From: a virus
Lineage: Duplodnaviria > Caudoviricetes
Reading direction: 5' to 3' (one strand)
IMG/VR virus record: IMGVR_UViG_2757320919_000001
Coordinates: 1 to 64,000 of that record
Length of the DNA stretch: 64,000 nucleotides
Positions 1 to 8,750 of this stretch are shown one piece after another. Position 1 is the stretch's first letter. Each line of letters opens with the position of its first letter. The notes under the pieces are model-generated. The model had not been told where the DNA came from, did no database searches, and saw only the letters and a program-made list of their open reading frames with translations. The position numbers and the translations under genes are program-made.

Positions 1-64
1 AATATATAATATTAAAACTGAAAAATAGATTTTTGTAATTTGTATTGAAGTAGTTTAGCTGTAT

Positions 65-785
65 TTAAGCTGAAATATATCCATTTTTAGTCCAAGTACC
101 CACAACTTGAGACTTACCAGTTATGCTTCCTGAAAATGTTGTATTAAAATTATCTATTATTCCAGAAGTTTCAACACTTTGGCTTAACGCTCCTGAATTT
201 TGAGTAAATTTACAAGTATGAAATAATAATCTGCTTCCTACAGATAATATTCCTTTTGAAAAGTATCCACTGCTACCTGCACTTAATTCACAAGTTGAAT
301 TAAATACATAAGCTTCTGAATTAATAGATAAAGCAAATGCGTTACCCAAACAATTTAATATCCCTTTCATATCGTCAAAACAACAGAATGAATTTCTTTG
401 TAATAAAACTGCTGTATTGATACTTTTATTATTACAATTTATTTTTAATTTACTAATACCTCCTAAGATTGAATTATACATGGAAAATCCAATATCATAG
501 GAAGCATTATTTAATGTAATAGAATAACCATTAAAATCTATATTTAAAAATGGGGAATGTATATTCACAATATTAATAAATTCATTTATAACTAAGTCAC
601 TAATTAATTTTATAGTTATACTTTTATTACTATAATTTATATACTTATTGGCTTCATTGATAGCAGTTTGCAAGTCTTCGAACTTGCCCCCCCCCTGTTC
701 CAACTGTCCATTCTAAATTAGAAGTTAAAAGTTTTGTAGAGTTATCAATAATATCTTTTATACTGGAACTACCATATTCTAGCAT
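65..785 (-). CDS. Phase-variable receptor-binding protein (third RBP of the cluster), phase-OFF in this sequence
   Basis: ATG at 785 behind AAAGGA reads MLEYGSSSIKDIIDNSTKLLTSNLEWTVGT into a G9 tract and then stops. G8 or G11 joins it to ORF 65..703 (239 aa with G8). It shares the KLLT.NLEWTVGT motif with 1755..3092. Confidence 0.85.
687..695 (-). repeat. Poly-G (G9) hypermutable tract
   Basis: C9 on the + strand, located at the frameshift point of the RBP gene. Confidence 0.95.
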
Positions 786-798
786 TATAAATCCTTTA

Positions 799-839
799 TT
801 AATTTTGATGGTATTTATAATAAATACCATCAAAATTAA
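799..839. promoter_or_regulatory. Perfect 19-bp inverted repeat containing a minus-strand late promoter TATAAATA (819-812)
   Basis: TTAATTTTGATGGTATTTA-TAA-TAAATACCATCAAAATTAA lies between two RBP genes. Confidence 0.75.
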
Positions 840-1737
840 GCATGAATTATTCCATTGGCTGTAACAGTATTGGTAGCAAATGGTAATTCATATCTACTCC
901 ATGTACAATTAGTTACATTTCTACCTGTTATATTTGTATGAGCACCATTATAACATAATAATAAATTTGCTGCTTTTGAACCTGTAAAATTAGGATATTG
1001 TAGATTCATATAAGAATTGTTATTATTTAATATATTAGCAGCAGATTTATTATTTGTAATTGATGAATTAGTTAATGTCATTTTAGAACCATATCCACAA
1101 TAATATAACCATCCATTACAGTTTTCACTACCATTATTATCTAATTTTAAATCAAATCCCGTTAATTCACCTTGATCATTACAATATAATAATGATTGCT
1201 CTTGTGTTCCATCTAAATTGTTACCATTGTTGGTAAAGCTATATTTGGATATAGCAATTTTAGAAGCTAATGATAAAACTGCATTTTTATAACAATTTTT
1301 AATACCATATTTGTATGCATTAGATGTTGAAGGAACCATAGTAACAGAACTTTCTCTAAAATACCATCCTTTTGCTTTAGTTCCTACAGCATTAATCATA
1401 ATTTTAATATTAGGTGCTTTGCAACCATAAAACATAAAGATATACTTTTCGGCATCAAAATTATTAAGCAATATTTCATCATCTTCTGATAATATATTTA
1501 TATGATTTGCTAATGCATTTCTTAAGATAATTTGTTCGTTTAATTTATATCCTGATTTTAATATAATATTTATGTTGCAATTATTTTTAACTGAAATATA
1601 TTCGAGTGCTTTTGCTAAAGCATCTGATAATTTGGAGAACCCCCCCCCCTTCCTACTGTATAAGTTTTGCTCTCTGTTAATATTTTAACACTACCATCAA
1701 TTATTTCTTTTATATTTGAATTTCCATAATTTATCAT
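836..1737 (-). CDS. Phase-variable receptor-binding protein (second RBP), phase-OFF in this sequence
   Basis: ATG at 1737 reads MINYGNSNIKEIIDGSVKILTESKTYTVGR into a G10 tract and then stops. G11 or G8 restores FSKLSDALAKALEY... through to ORF 836..1471 (300 aa with G11). Confidence 0.85.
1640..1649 (-). repeat. Poly-G (G10) hypermutable tract
   Basis: C10 on the + strand at the frameshift point. Confidence 0.95.
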
Positions 1738-1754
1738 ATTTTTATAATTCCTTT

Positions 1755-3092
1755 CTAATATAAGCATATATAACCACTAGGTGAAAAAAAATTTGCAGTA
1801 ATATTAGTTTTATTAAAACCAGATACAACTATATTACTATTACATGAAATACGCCCACCCAAACCAACACATAAAGCATATGAATTACTGTTTGAAATAT
1901 TTTTAAATATAGGGGTATTAAATCCTAATTCAGATGCAATATGCGAAACACCACAATTAGCAGCTACATTATTATATGTTCCATCAAATGTAACATTTCC
2001 AGCATATATTTTACTTGAATCAGCACTCCATAGTATATTTCCACTGCAAGTTTTAAATGTATTATTTTCCCACACATTTAATATACTACCATTGTCTGCT
2101 ACTACACCCGATTCAGTACAATTTTCAAATGTACTGTTTTGTACTAATCCTATACATCCAACACTACCAACACCCCATTGTGCATTATATACACCAGAAT
2201 TATAAAGCTTAAAATTAGTTTGTAAGAATCCAAATGCCATCGAAAATATAGTAGGTACTGAACTAAATCTAAGTTTAAACGATATTGTTGGAGATATTCC
2301 AAATGTAAATGAAACTGCAATAGGAGTTGTTGCGTATTGATTTATAAAAGCGGGATTAGGTGTCATAGTTCCATCAAAATCAACATAATCATCTTCTGAT
2401 GTTAAAACAACATGTCCTAAATTTGCATTATTGATATGAAGACTTTCAGTTAATTTATACGATGACTTCATTGTTATAGTAATTTTATAATTTGTCACAG
2501 ATATATATTTTGAAGCTTCTTGTAATGCATCTACTAAATTTGAAAATGTTCCATTTGTACCAACAGTCCATTCAAGATTCTCTGTTAATAGTTTAGGTAA
2601 ACTACTTAAACTTAATTGACTGCTTTTTGTTTTTGAATAAATTATCTTTTTTATAGGAATTGTATCATTATCAGTATATATTACTACATTATTATTTTTA
2701 ATAATGTAGTCAAAAGGTACTGCATCTATTGATGAGTTTGCAGTATTTTCTATATATAATCCCAGAACTTGAATTATTGTATCAGGTTCAATTGCTATTT
2801 TGAACATTTTTTTACCTTTACTGATATTATCAGTTGTGGTAAATTCTGGATCATTTATTACTTTGATACTACTATCAACTACACCTAAATTGCCATTACT
2901 TGATAATGATACAATACTATTATTAAGAATTGCTTCATTTACAGTTGATGTAGCTGTCAATCCACCTTCTTGTTTTTTTAAATATAATTTATTTTCACTT
3001 TTTAGCAATATTATTTTATTGACTGGAACCTTATCTATGCCAGTTTGTGAATCATCTACAAATGACCATACATTATCTATACCATATGCCAT
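1755..3092 (-). CDS. Constitutive receptor-binding protein (RBP1-like), beta-helix-like C-terminus
   Basis: 445 aa. Contains KLLTENLEWTVGTNGTFSNLVDALQEA, homologous to the two downstream RBPs but without a G tract. Confidence 0.75.
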   Translation of the reverse strand: MAYGIDNVWSFVDDSQTGIDKVPVNKIILLKSENKLYLKKQEGGLTATSTVNEAILNNSIVSLSSNGNLGVVDSSIKVINDPEFTTTDNISKGKKMFKIAIEPDTIIQVLGLYIENTANSSIDAVPFDYIIKNNNVVIYTDNDTIPIKKIIYSKTKSSQLSLSSLPKLLTENLEWTVGTNGTFSNLVDALQEASKYISVTNYKITITMKSSYKLTESLHINNANLGHVVLTSEDDYVDFDGTMTPNPAFINQYATTPIAVSFTFGISPTISFKLRFSSVPTIFSMAFGFLQTNFKLYNSGVYNAQWGVGSVGCIGLVQNSTFENCTESGVVADNGSILNVWENNTFKTCSGNILWSADSSKIYAGNVTFDGTYNNVAANCGVSHIASELGFNTPIFKNISNSNSYALCVGLGGRISCNSNIVVSGFNKTNITANFFSPSGYICLY

Positions 3093-3115
3093 TTAACTGA
3101 TCTCCCTTTTTAACA

Positions 3116-4762
3116 TTATTTATATTCTATTTCAGAAAACTTACCATCATTAATAATATTAACAGTAGATGTAAAATAATCTAATTGATTTTTAATTTCA
3201 CTATTATGACTTATAACATACATGCTCATTAAGTCAGTATTCCTTGTTAATATTTTTAATAATTCATTTTTACCTACACTATCTAAAGAACTATCTAAAA
3301 CTTCATCAAGTATAAGTAAATTACATTTTACATCAAACTTATTTCTACAAATATCTAAAAAAGCTAACATTATAGAAAATGTTAGTCTTAAAGCTTCACC
3401 ATTACTCATAGATTTATATTCAAATGGTTTATTATCTTTAGTAATTGTTTCTTTCAAGTTTGAATCTAACAAAAATGTAAAATTAAACTCATCAAACATA
3501 TTTATATATTTGTTTATAGTTTTGTTTATAAATGGTAAGTGCATATTTAAAAATGCACCTTTTAAATTGTTATTATTCAATAGGATTTCAAGTTGATTTA
3601 AATTAGAAATATATGTATTGATCTCATTATACTCATTTGAAACTTCTTGTAATTCCTTTTCATTTAAAATAATATCATCATTAGATGGTTTTTCTATGTG
3701 TTCTACTTTGCTTTTTTCTAATAAGTCTTCATATATTTTTTTATTTTCTATTGATGGTTTTAATTCTAACATTTTTATATATATATCATCTTTATTTTTA
3801 ATATATACTTCATTTTCATTTTGTAATACTTCTAATTGTTTTAATAAATCATCATGATTAGAGACATCAATGTTGCTTGGAATAATTTGTTTTAACTTCT
3901 CACAACCTTTACACATTTTATATTTTTCCATTAATTGTAAAGCTGATTTTTGCTCATTGATAGTTTTTAACAAATCATTTATTCTATTAGAAGGGTCCTG
4001 TGTTAATATACTGTCATATTGTGTTTTTAACTCTTTTAATTTTTCAATTTTTTTAGATTCTTCTTTAATTTTATTTTCAATCTCATTAATATTATTATTT
4101 TTATTTTCTATATAGTCATTATAAGCTTTTAAATCATATTCGTATTTTATTTTTGCTTTTGATATAACATCTTGCAAAGTGTTTATTTTAAATAATGTAT
4201 TTGTTTGTATAGTAGTTTTTTCTTTTTTTAAAAGTTTTATTTTTTCAGTAAGTTCTAAAAATGTAGCAGTATCAGAAAGTATAGCAAATACATCTTCTTT
4301 TTCTTTTTTAGATAACCTTACAAATGATTGACTTAACAAATCTCCACCTAAATATATAAGGTTTCTAAAAGCTTGTTCTGTAAATTTTAATATATTATTT
4401 TCTAAAAATTCTTGATACGCTGAATTTGTGCTTAATAATGGTATTAATTCATTATTTTTGTATATTTCAAAAATGCTAGGATTAGTCCCTCTTTTAATTG
4501 TGAACTCATCTCCATTAATATTCATTTCAACTTCAACATACATTCCTTTTTTATTGATATTATTAACAAGTGATCCTATTGTTTTACCATTATATGTTTT
4601 ACCAAAAAGACAATAATGTAATGCTAAAAATAAGCTTGATTTTCCAGCACCATTCTTACCTGTTACCAAATGAATACCATTAGTAAATTCAAATTTTGTT
4701 TTTTTGTTTCCATATTTCATAAAATTTTGTAGTGTTATAGATTTAAAATTAATGTTATTCAA
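3116..4762 (-). CDS. 46: gp46 recombination endonuclease subunit (Rad50/SbcC-like ATPase)
   Basis: Walker A GKNGAGKS, coiled coil with CxxC hook (CKGC), signature MSNGE, Walker B LILDE. Confidence 0.93.
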   Translation of the reverse strand: MNNINFKSITLQNFMKYGNKKTKFEFTNGIHLVTGKNGAGKSSLFLALHYCLFGKTYNGKTIGSLVNNINKKGMYVEVEMNINGDEFTIKRGTNPSIFEIYKNNELIPLLSTNSAYQEFLENNILKFTEQAFRNLIYLGGDLLSQSFVRLSKKEKEDVFAILSDTATFLELTEKIKLLKKEKTTIQTNTLFKINTLQDVISKAKIKYEYDLKAYNDYIENKNNNINEIENKIKEESKKIEKLKELKTQYDSILTQDPSNRINDLLKTINEQKSALQLMEKYKMCKGCEKLKQIIPSNIDVSNHDDLLKQLEVLQNENEVYIKNKDDIYIKMLELKPSIENKKIYEDLLEKSKVEHIEKPSNDDIILNEKELQEVSNEYNEINTYISNLNQLEILLNNNNLKGAFLNMHLPFINKTINKYINMFDEFNFTFLLDSNLKETITKDNKPFEYKSMSNGEALRLTFSIMLAFLDICRNKFDVKCNLLILDEVLDSSLDSVGKNELLKILTRNTDLMSMYVISHNSEIKNQLDYFTSTVNIINDGKFSEIEYK

Positions 4763-4783
4763 ATTCTCTCCTTCTCTCCTTAA

Positions 4784-4810
4784 AAAATGAGTGGTTTAAT
4801 CACTCATTTT
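4784..4810. terminator. Hairpin terminator
   Basis: AAAATGAGTG-GTTTAAT-CACTCATTTT just downstream of 4815..5138. Confidence 0.7.
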
Positions 4811-4814
4811 ATTT

Positions 4815-5138
4815 TTACATATCTCTAAATACATAATAATCATCATCTTCATAGACTAAGACACCATCATCTACAGCTCTTTGTTTTGCATCATCTAAAT
4901 CTGAATCGTCATCTTCAATATCAAAATAACCTTTGTCTTCTAATATATCTTTTAATTCATTTTCACCTTCTGCAACTGAAAAATCAGACATAATAGCAAT
5001 TGGATCAAATTCAATTTGCTCACCAATATCATTTTCTAGTTGTTCTATATAGTCGAAAAGAATATCTGAAGCACCATAACTTAGTCCTTGTTTTTGCATT
5101 CTTTCTTGGAACATATTTTTACTAACATTAATAACCAT
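4815..5138 (-). CDS. Small highly acidic protein (candidate DNA mimic)
   Basis: 107 aa with 31 Asp/Glu. Has an AAGGAG RBS plus its own promoter and terminator. Confidence 0.75.
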   Translation of the reverse strand: MVINVSKNMFQERMQKQGLSYGASDILFDYIEQLENDIGEQIEFDPIAIMSDFSVAEGENELKDILEDKGYFDIEDDDSDLDDAKQRAVDDGVLVYEDDDYYVFRDM

Positions 5139-5160
5139 TGTTTCTCCTTTAATTTATAAA

Positions 5161-5192
5161 ATTATACCATAGTTTTCTTAATTTAAGCTTAA
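5161..5192 (-). promoter_or_regulatory. Early/host-sigma-type promoter TTAAG-N6-TTAAG-N10-TATAAT
   Basis: TTAAGCTTAAATTAAGAAAACTATGGTATAAT. The motif recurs more than 15 times in the window. Confidence 0.75.
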
Positions 5193-6184
5193 TTATTTAT
5201 AACATCATTCAATACTGACTCTAAATGCTTGTGTTCTTTCAAAATATATTCTTTTATAAAATCTAATGACTCGGCAACAGAGTTATTTAAACTAACAGAT
5301 TTATATAACTTTTCTTCTTCATATTTGTAGAATACCTTGCTTATTCTTGCCCTAGCACCAAAATATTCTAATATTTTATCCTCTTTTTCATTTTTTTCTT
5401 CAAGTATTATTTTCCCTACTTTACAAAAATCAGGAAAGTTGCCAGTAAATAACTCAGGTTCATCTTTATACTGCAAGATTATTTTATCTTTTAAAACAGT
5501 AACAGTAAAATGTCGCCTATCCCAAGTATTTTCTACAAACTCTTCTTCTAAGTTTTCATTTAACAAAATTATACCAGGTACAGAATTAATTTCATTAAAA
5601 GTCATTTGATAAGGTGTTCCTATATAAACATTATTTTGGTTAAAATGATAATGTCCCATATAAACTTTTTTATATTTTGAATTATCAATGTTTAATCCTT
5701 CTTCAGCAATACTTGTATGATTATATTTAAATCCTTTTAATTCAGCATGACCTAGTAATATATCACATTCTTTTAGTAACTCTTCATCACCACATAACCA
5801 TGGAGATATTCCTATTTTGTATTTACCAAAAATATGATATGATGGTTCTTTAATATATTTTATTCCAAGTAAATCAGCAAATAACTCACTTGAAACAATA
5901 TCTCTATTACCTCTGTTATACATATCATGATTTCCAGCAAATGTATAAAAATTAAACCCTTCAAATATATTTCTAAATCTAGTTGATAAGGTATGTAATA
6001 ATTTTAAATCAATTAGCTTTCTATTATCAAACATATCACCTAATTGATATATTGTACTACAATTTTTTTCTTTTAAGATATCTCTATATTTTTCTAGAGA
6101 ATTTAGTTGTACTTCAAGAATATCATGATCAAAATTTTTACACCCAAAATGTAAATCCCCTATTAAAGCTATTAATTTTCCCAT
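5189..6184 (-). CDS. 47: gp47 recombination endonuclease subunit (Mre11/SbcD-like)
   Basis: Metallophosphoesterase motifs GDLHFG, LGDMFD, GNHD, GHYH. Confidence 0.93.
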   Translation of the reverse strand: MGKLIALIGDLHFGCKNFDHDILEVQLNSLEKYRDILKEKNCSTIYQLGDMFDNRKLIDLKLLHTLSTRFRNIFEGFNFYTFAGNHDMYNRGNRDIVSSELFADLLGIKYIKEPSYHIFGKYKIGISPWLCGDEELLKECDILLGHAELKGFKYNHTSIAEEGLNIDNSKYKKVYMGHYHFNQNNVYIGTPYQMTFNEINSVPGIILLNENLEEEFVENTWDRRHFTVTVLKDKIILQYKDEPELFTGNFPDFCKVGKIILEEKNEKEDKILEYFGARARISKVFYKYEEEKLYKSVSLNNSVAESLDFIKEYILKEHKHLESVLNDVINN

Positions 6185-7041
6185 ATATCTAACTCACTTT
6201 CTACTGTCTTTTTCTCTTTTTTAGGAAAACTAGGAATATATGTGTTCCTAAACTTCATAATATCTAATGTTTTAAAGTTTTTCCCAGTAATTTTGTTATA
6301 CTCATCAGTTTTTAATAAATAATCATGATGGTATATCATTCTTACTGTTTTATTGTTATCAATATTTTTCAAAATATCCCATAGTGTATTAGATTGAATA
6401 ATATCTTCATTTACAATAAAATACCTTTTTGAAATATCAAGATTTAAATCAGTTTCAACTTTTTTATTAATATCTTCTACAATATACAATTTATCATCTA
6501 TAACAACGATAGGATATATTTCTACATCATATTCTATATTTTCATCATCAGTTTTATAACAGCATGTATATTCTTTCTGTTCCAATCGTAATTCTAATTC
6601 TGTGTAATCAGTATAATAGTTTTTTAATAGTTCCTGCTCAGCTTTTCTTTCATTTATTACTTGTAATATACTATTAACTATTATTTGAGTACAATATGCA
6701 AAAGCTTTAACTGGTTCTTTGGATATTTTTGAAACCTTATTAGCATCAAAATTAGGAATTACATACAACATTAACTTTTCAGTAGCATTTGAATAAAAAT
6801 CATCTTTATATGTATATCCGCTAAATTTTGGCATTGTTAATATTCGTTTTATTAGAAGCAAACACATTTCACCAAATTTTGTTTTTTTATAATGTTCAGA
6901 TATCCCTTCTTCTCTTAATTTCTCTATTTGTTGAATATCATCATCTGTTTTATCTTCTATTTTTAGTAATTCTTTTAGTTTTTCAACCTTTTGTAATTTT
7001 ATAATCTCATCTCTTAAATCTTCTTCCTTCAAATAATCCAT
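6172..7041 (-). CDS. 55: gp55 late-transcription sigma factor with C-terminal extension
   Basis: PKFSGYTYKDD...NFD...AFAYCTQI motifs of T4-like gp55; adjacent to gp47/46. Confidence 0.85.
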   Translation of the reverse strand: MDYLKEEDLRDEIIKLQKVEKLKELLKIEDKTDDDIQQIEKLREEGISEHYKKTKFGEMCLLLIKRILTMPKFSGYTYKDDFYSNATEKLMLYVIPNFDANKVSKISKEPVKAFAYCTQIIVNSILQVINERKAEQELLKNYYTDYTELELRLEQKEYTCCYKTDDENIEYDVEIYPIVVIDDKLYIVEDINKKVETDLNLDISKRYFIVNEDIIQSNTLWDILKNIDNNKTVRMIYHHDYLLKTDEYNKITGKNFKTLDIMKFRNTYIPSFPKKEKKTVESELDIWEN

Positions 7042-7059
7042 ATAATTCCTTTTTATTTT

Positions 7060-7092
7060 ATTATAACATATAATAACTTAAAGTCATCTTAA
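7060..7092 (-). promoter_or_regulatory. Early-type promoter for the gp55-47 operon
   Basis: TTAAG-ATGACT-TTAAG-N11-TATAAT. Confidence 0.7.
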
Positions 7093-7096
7093 TAAA

Positions 7097-7104
7097 TATA
7101 AATA
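7097..7104 (+). promoter_or_regulatory. T4-type late promoter TATAAATA
   Basis: Exact consensus about 30 nt upstream of the capsid vertex gene. Confidence 0.7.
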
Positions 7105-7132
7105 ACATAATATACTTAAATAAAGGAAAGAT

Positions 7133-8095
7133 ATGAGTAAGGTTATAAATGAATCAACCACAACAGTTGATATTGCTGGTGTTGAATTAAAACTTGCAAA
7201 ATTAATATATCGTATATACACTGAATCTTTGTTAAATAGAATAGGAGCAAGAATAAATGTAGCAGTTCCTAATGGTAGTATTTTTGCTTTTAAGGGAAAA
7301 TATTTAACAGATTATACTGGAACTAATAAAAGCAGCACCCCTTATGCTACTATTTTACCTGATTTTGCTGGAAATAGAGATAATAATCAGGAAACTGATG
7401 TAAAAGCTGAAATGAATTATAAAATTGTAAAAAGAACAATAAACTGTCAAACTAAAAAAATAAGATCAAAATGGTCAATAGAAGCTATTACCGATTTAGT
7501 TGCTCTTACTGGTAAAACAACTGTTGAAGATATATTAGAAAGAGAACTTTTAACAGAAATTATCCAAGAAATTGACTTTTCAGCTTTAAAAATGATGACA
7601 ACTAAAGCAACAAAAACACAATTAACATTAAAAGCACCTAATGATCCATTAGTTGGTATAGAATTATTTAATGCAGCTCAGAAAAAAATATTGGAAATGG
7701 CTGCTTCAACCAAAAGAGCTATAACTATGTGTATTACAGCACCATATGAAACTTGCGCTAAATTGATGTCACATCCTAATTTTAAGGCAAATGAAGATTT
7801 CACAAACTCATATTTCATGGGATCCATAGGTGCAACAGAAATATATTGTGATTATTATAATACTTTAAATAAAGAATATATGCTAATTTCTTATAAGCAT
7901 AGAAATAAAGAAGTCGAAATAGCTGATGGTTCTACTTGCTTTGCATTTTATAGTTATAATATAACAAAAGCTTTTGACGCTACAAGTGGTGCTGAATCAT
8001 ATTTTCATTTTTTAAGGTATGATGTAGTTCAACATCCACTAGATAATACTAATGATGGACAATCTATTTTCTTACATTGTATTGAAATACAATAG
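7133..8095 (+). CDS. 24: gp24-like capsid vertex protein (gp23 paralogue)
   Basis: N-terminus MSKVINESTTT resembles T4 gp24; gp23/24 core motif SKWSIEAITDL...ELLTEIIQEID. Confidence 0.7.
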   Translation: MSKVINESTTTVDIAGVELKLAKLIYRIYTESLLNRIGARINVAVPNGSIFAFKGKYLTDYTGTNKSSTPYATILPDFAGNRDNNQETDVKAEMNYKIVKRTINCQTKKIRSKWSIEAITDLVALTGKTTVEDILERELLTEIIQEIDFSALKMMTTKATKTQLTLKAPNDPLVGIELFNAAQKKILEMAASTKRAITMCITAPYETCAKLMSHPNFKANEDFTNSYFMGSIGATEIYCDYYNTLNKEYMLISYKHRNKEVEIADGSTCFAFYSYNITKAFDATSGAESYFHFLRYDVVQHPLDNTNDGQSIFLHCIEIQ

Positions 8096-8102
8096 GTAAA
8101 AT

Positions 8103-8750
8103 ATGGCTTGGAACTTAAATAATAGACAAAATGAGTATCAATTATTTGGTACTCTATCAGCAGAAATAATAGATATGTATGGGTTTCAATTAACATATAT
8201 AAAAACAACAAGATTAGGACACGATAAAGTTCTAGATGATATAATAAATTATGGGACCGAAGCAACATATCAGATATTTGCATTACCAGAAAATGCAGAA
8301 ATGTTTGATGAAAGAGGGGATATATTAAATAAATTTGGTATATTTACAATGGATTCTATGAATCTTTTTGTTAGTGCTAATACAATGAAAAGGATATTTC
8401 AAGATGAGTCTAAAATACCATCTGCTGTTGGTGATTTATTATTGCTTCCAAGTGGGAAATATATTGAAATAACAAGTATTGAACATCAAGTACCTGGTGC
8501 TAATAACCAATTTACTTATTCAAACTCAAAAAATGTTTATATGCTAAGATGTAAATCATTTAATTATAATCATGATAATATACCAACTTTAGAAGAAGTT
8601 AATAATGAAGAAGTTAATGAATCTTTAGATGAAATTTTTAATTTAGTTGGAAGTGCAGAAAACTCAAAAGATAAAATAAAAGAAGAGCAAGATAAAGAAA
8701 GTCCTTTAGTTAAAGGAACTGATAGTGTGTTTGGTTATTTAGATAGTTAA
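8103..8750 (+). CDS. 14: gp14 neck protein
   Basis: EIIDMYG...LNKFGIF...GDLL motifs; lies near gp15. Confidence 0.8.
   Translation: MAWNLNNRQNEYQLFGTLSAEIIDMYGFQLTYIKTTRLGHDKVLDDIINYGTEATYQIFALPENAEMFDERGDILNKFGIFTMDSMNLFVSANTMKRIFQDESKIPSAVGDLLLLPSGKYIEITSIEHQVPGANNQFTYSNSKNVYMLRCKSFNYNHDNIPTLEEVNNEEVNESLDEIFNLVGSAENSKDKIKEEQDKESPLVKGTDSVFGYLDS

Noticed and set aside
7133-8095. Main major capsid protein gp23
   Set aside because: Too short (320 aa), and the N-terminus matches gp24 better.
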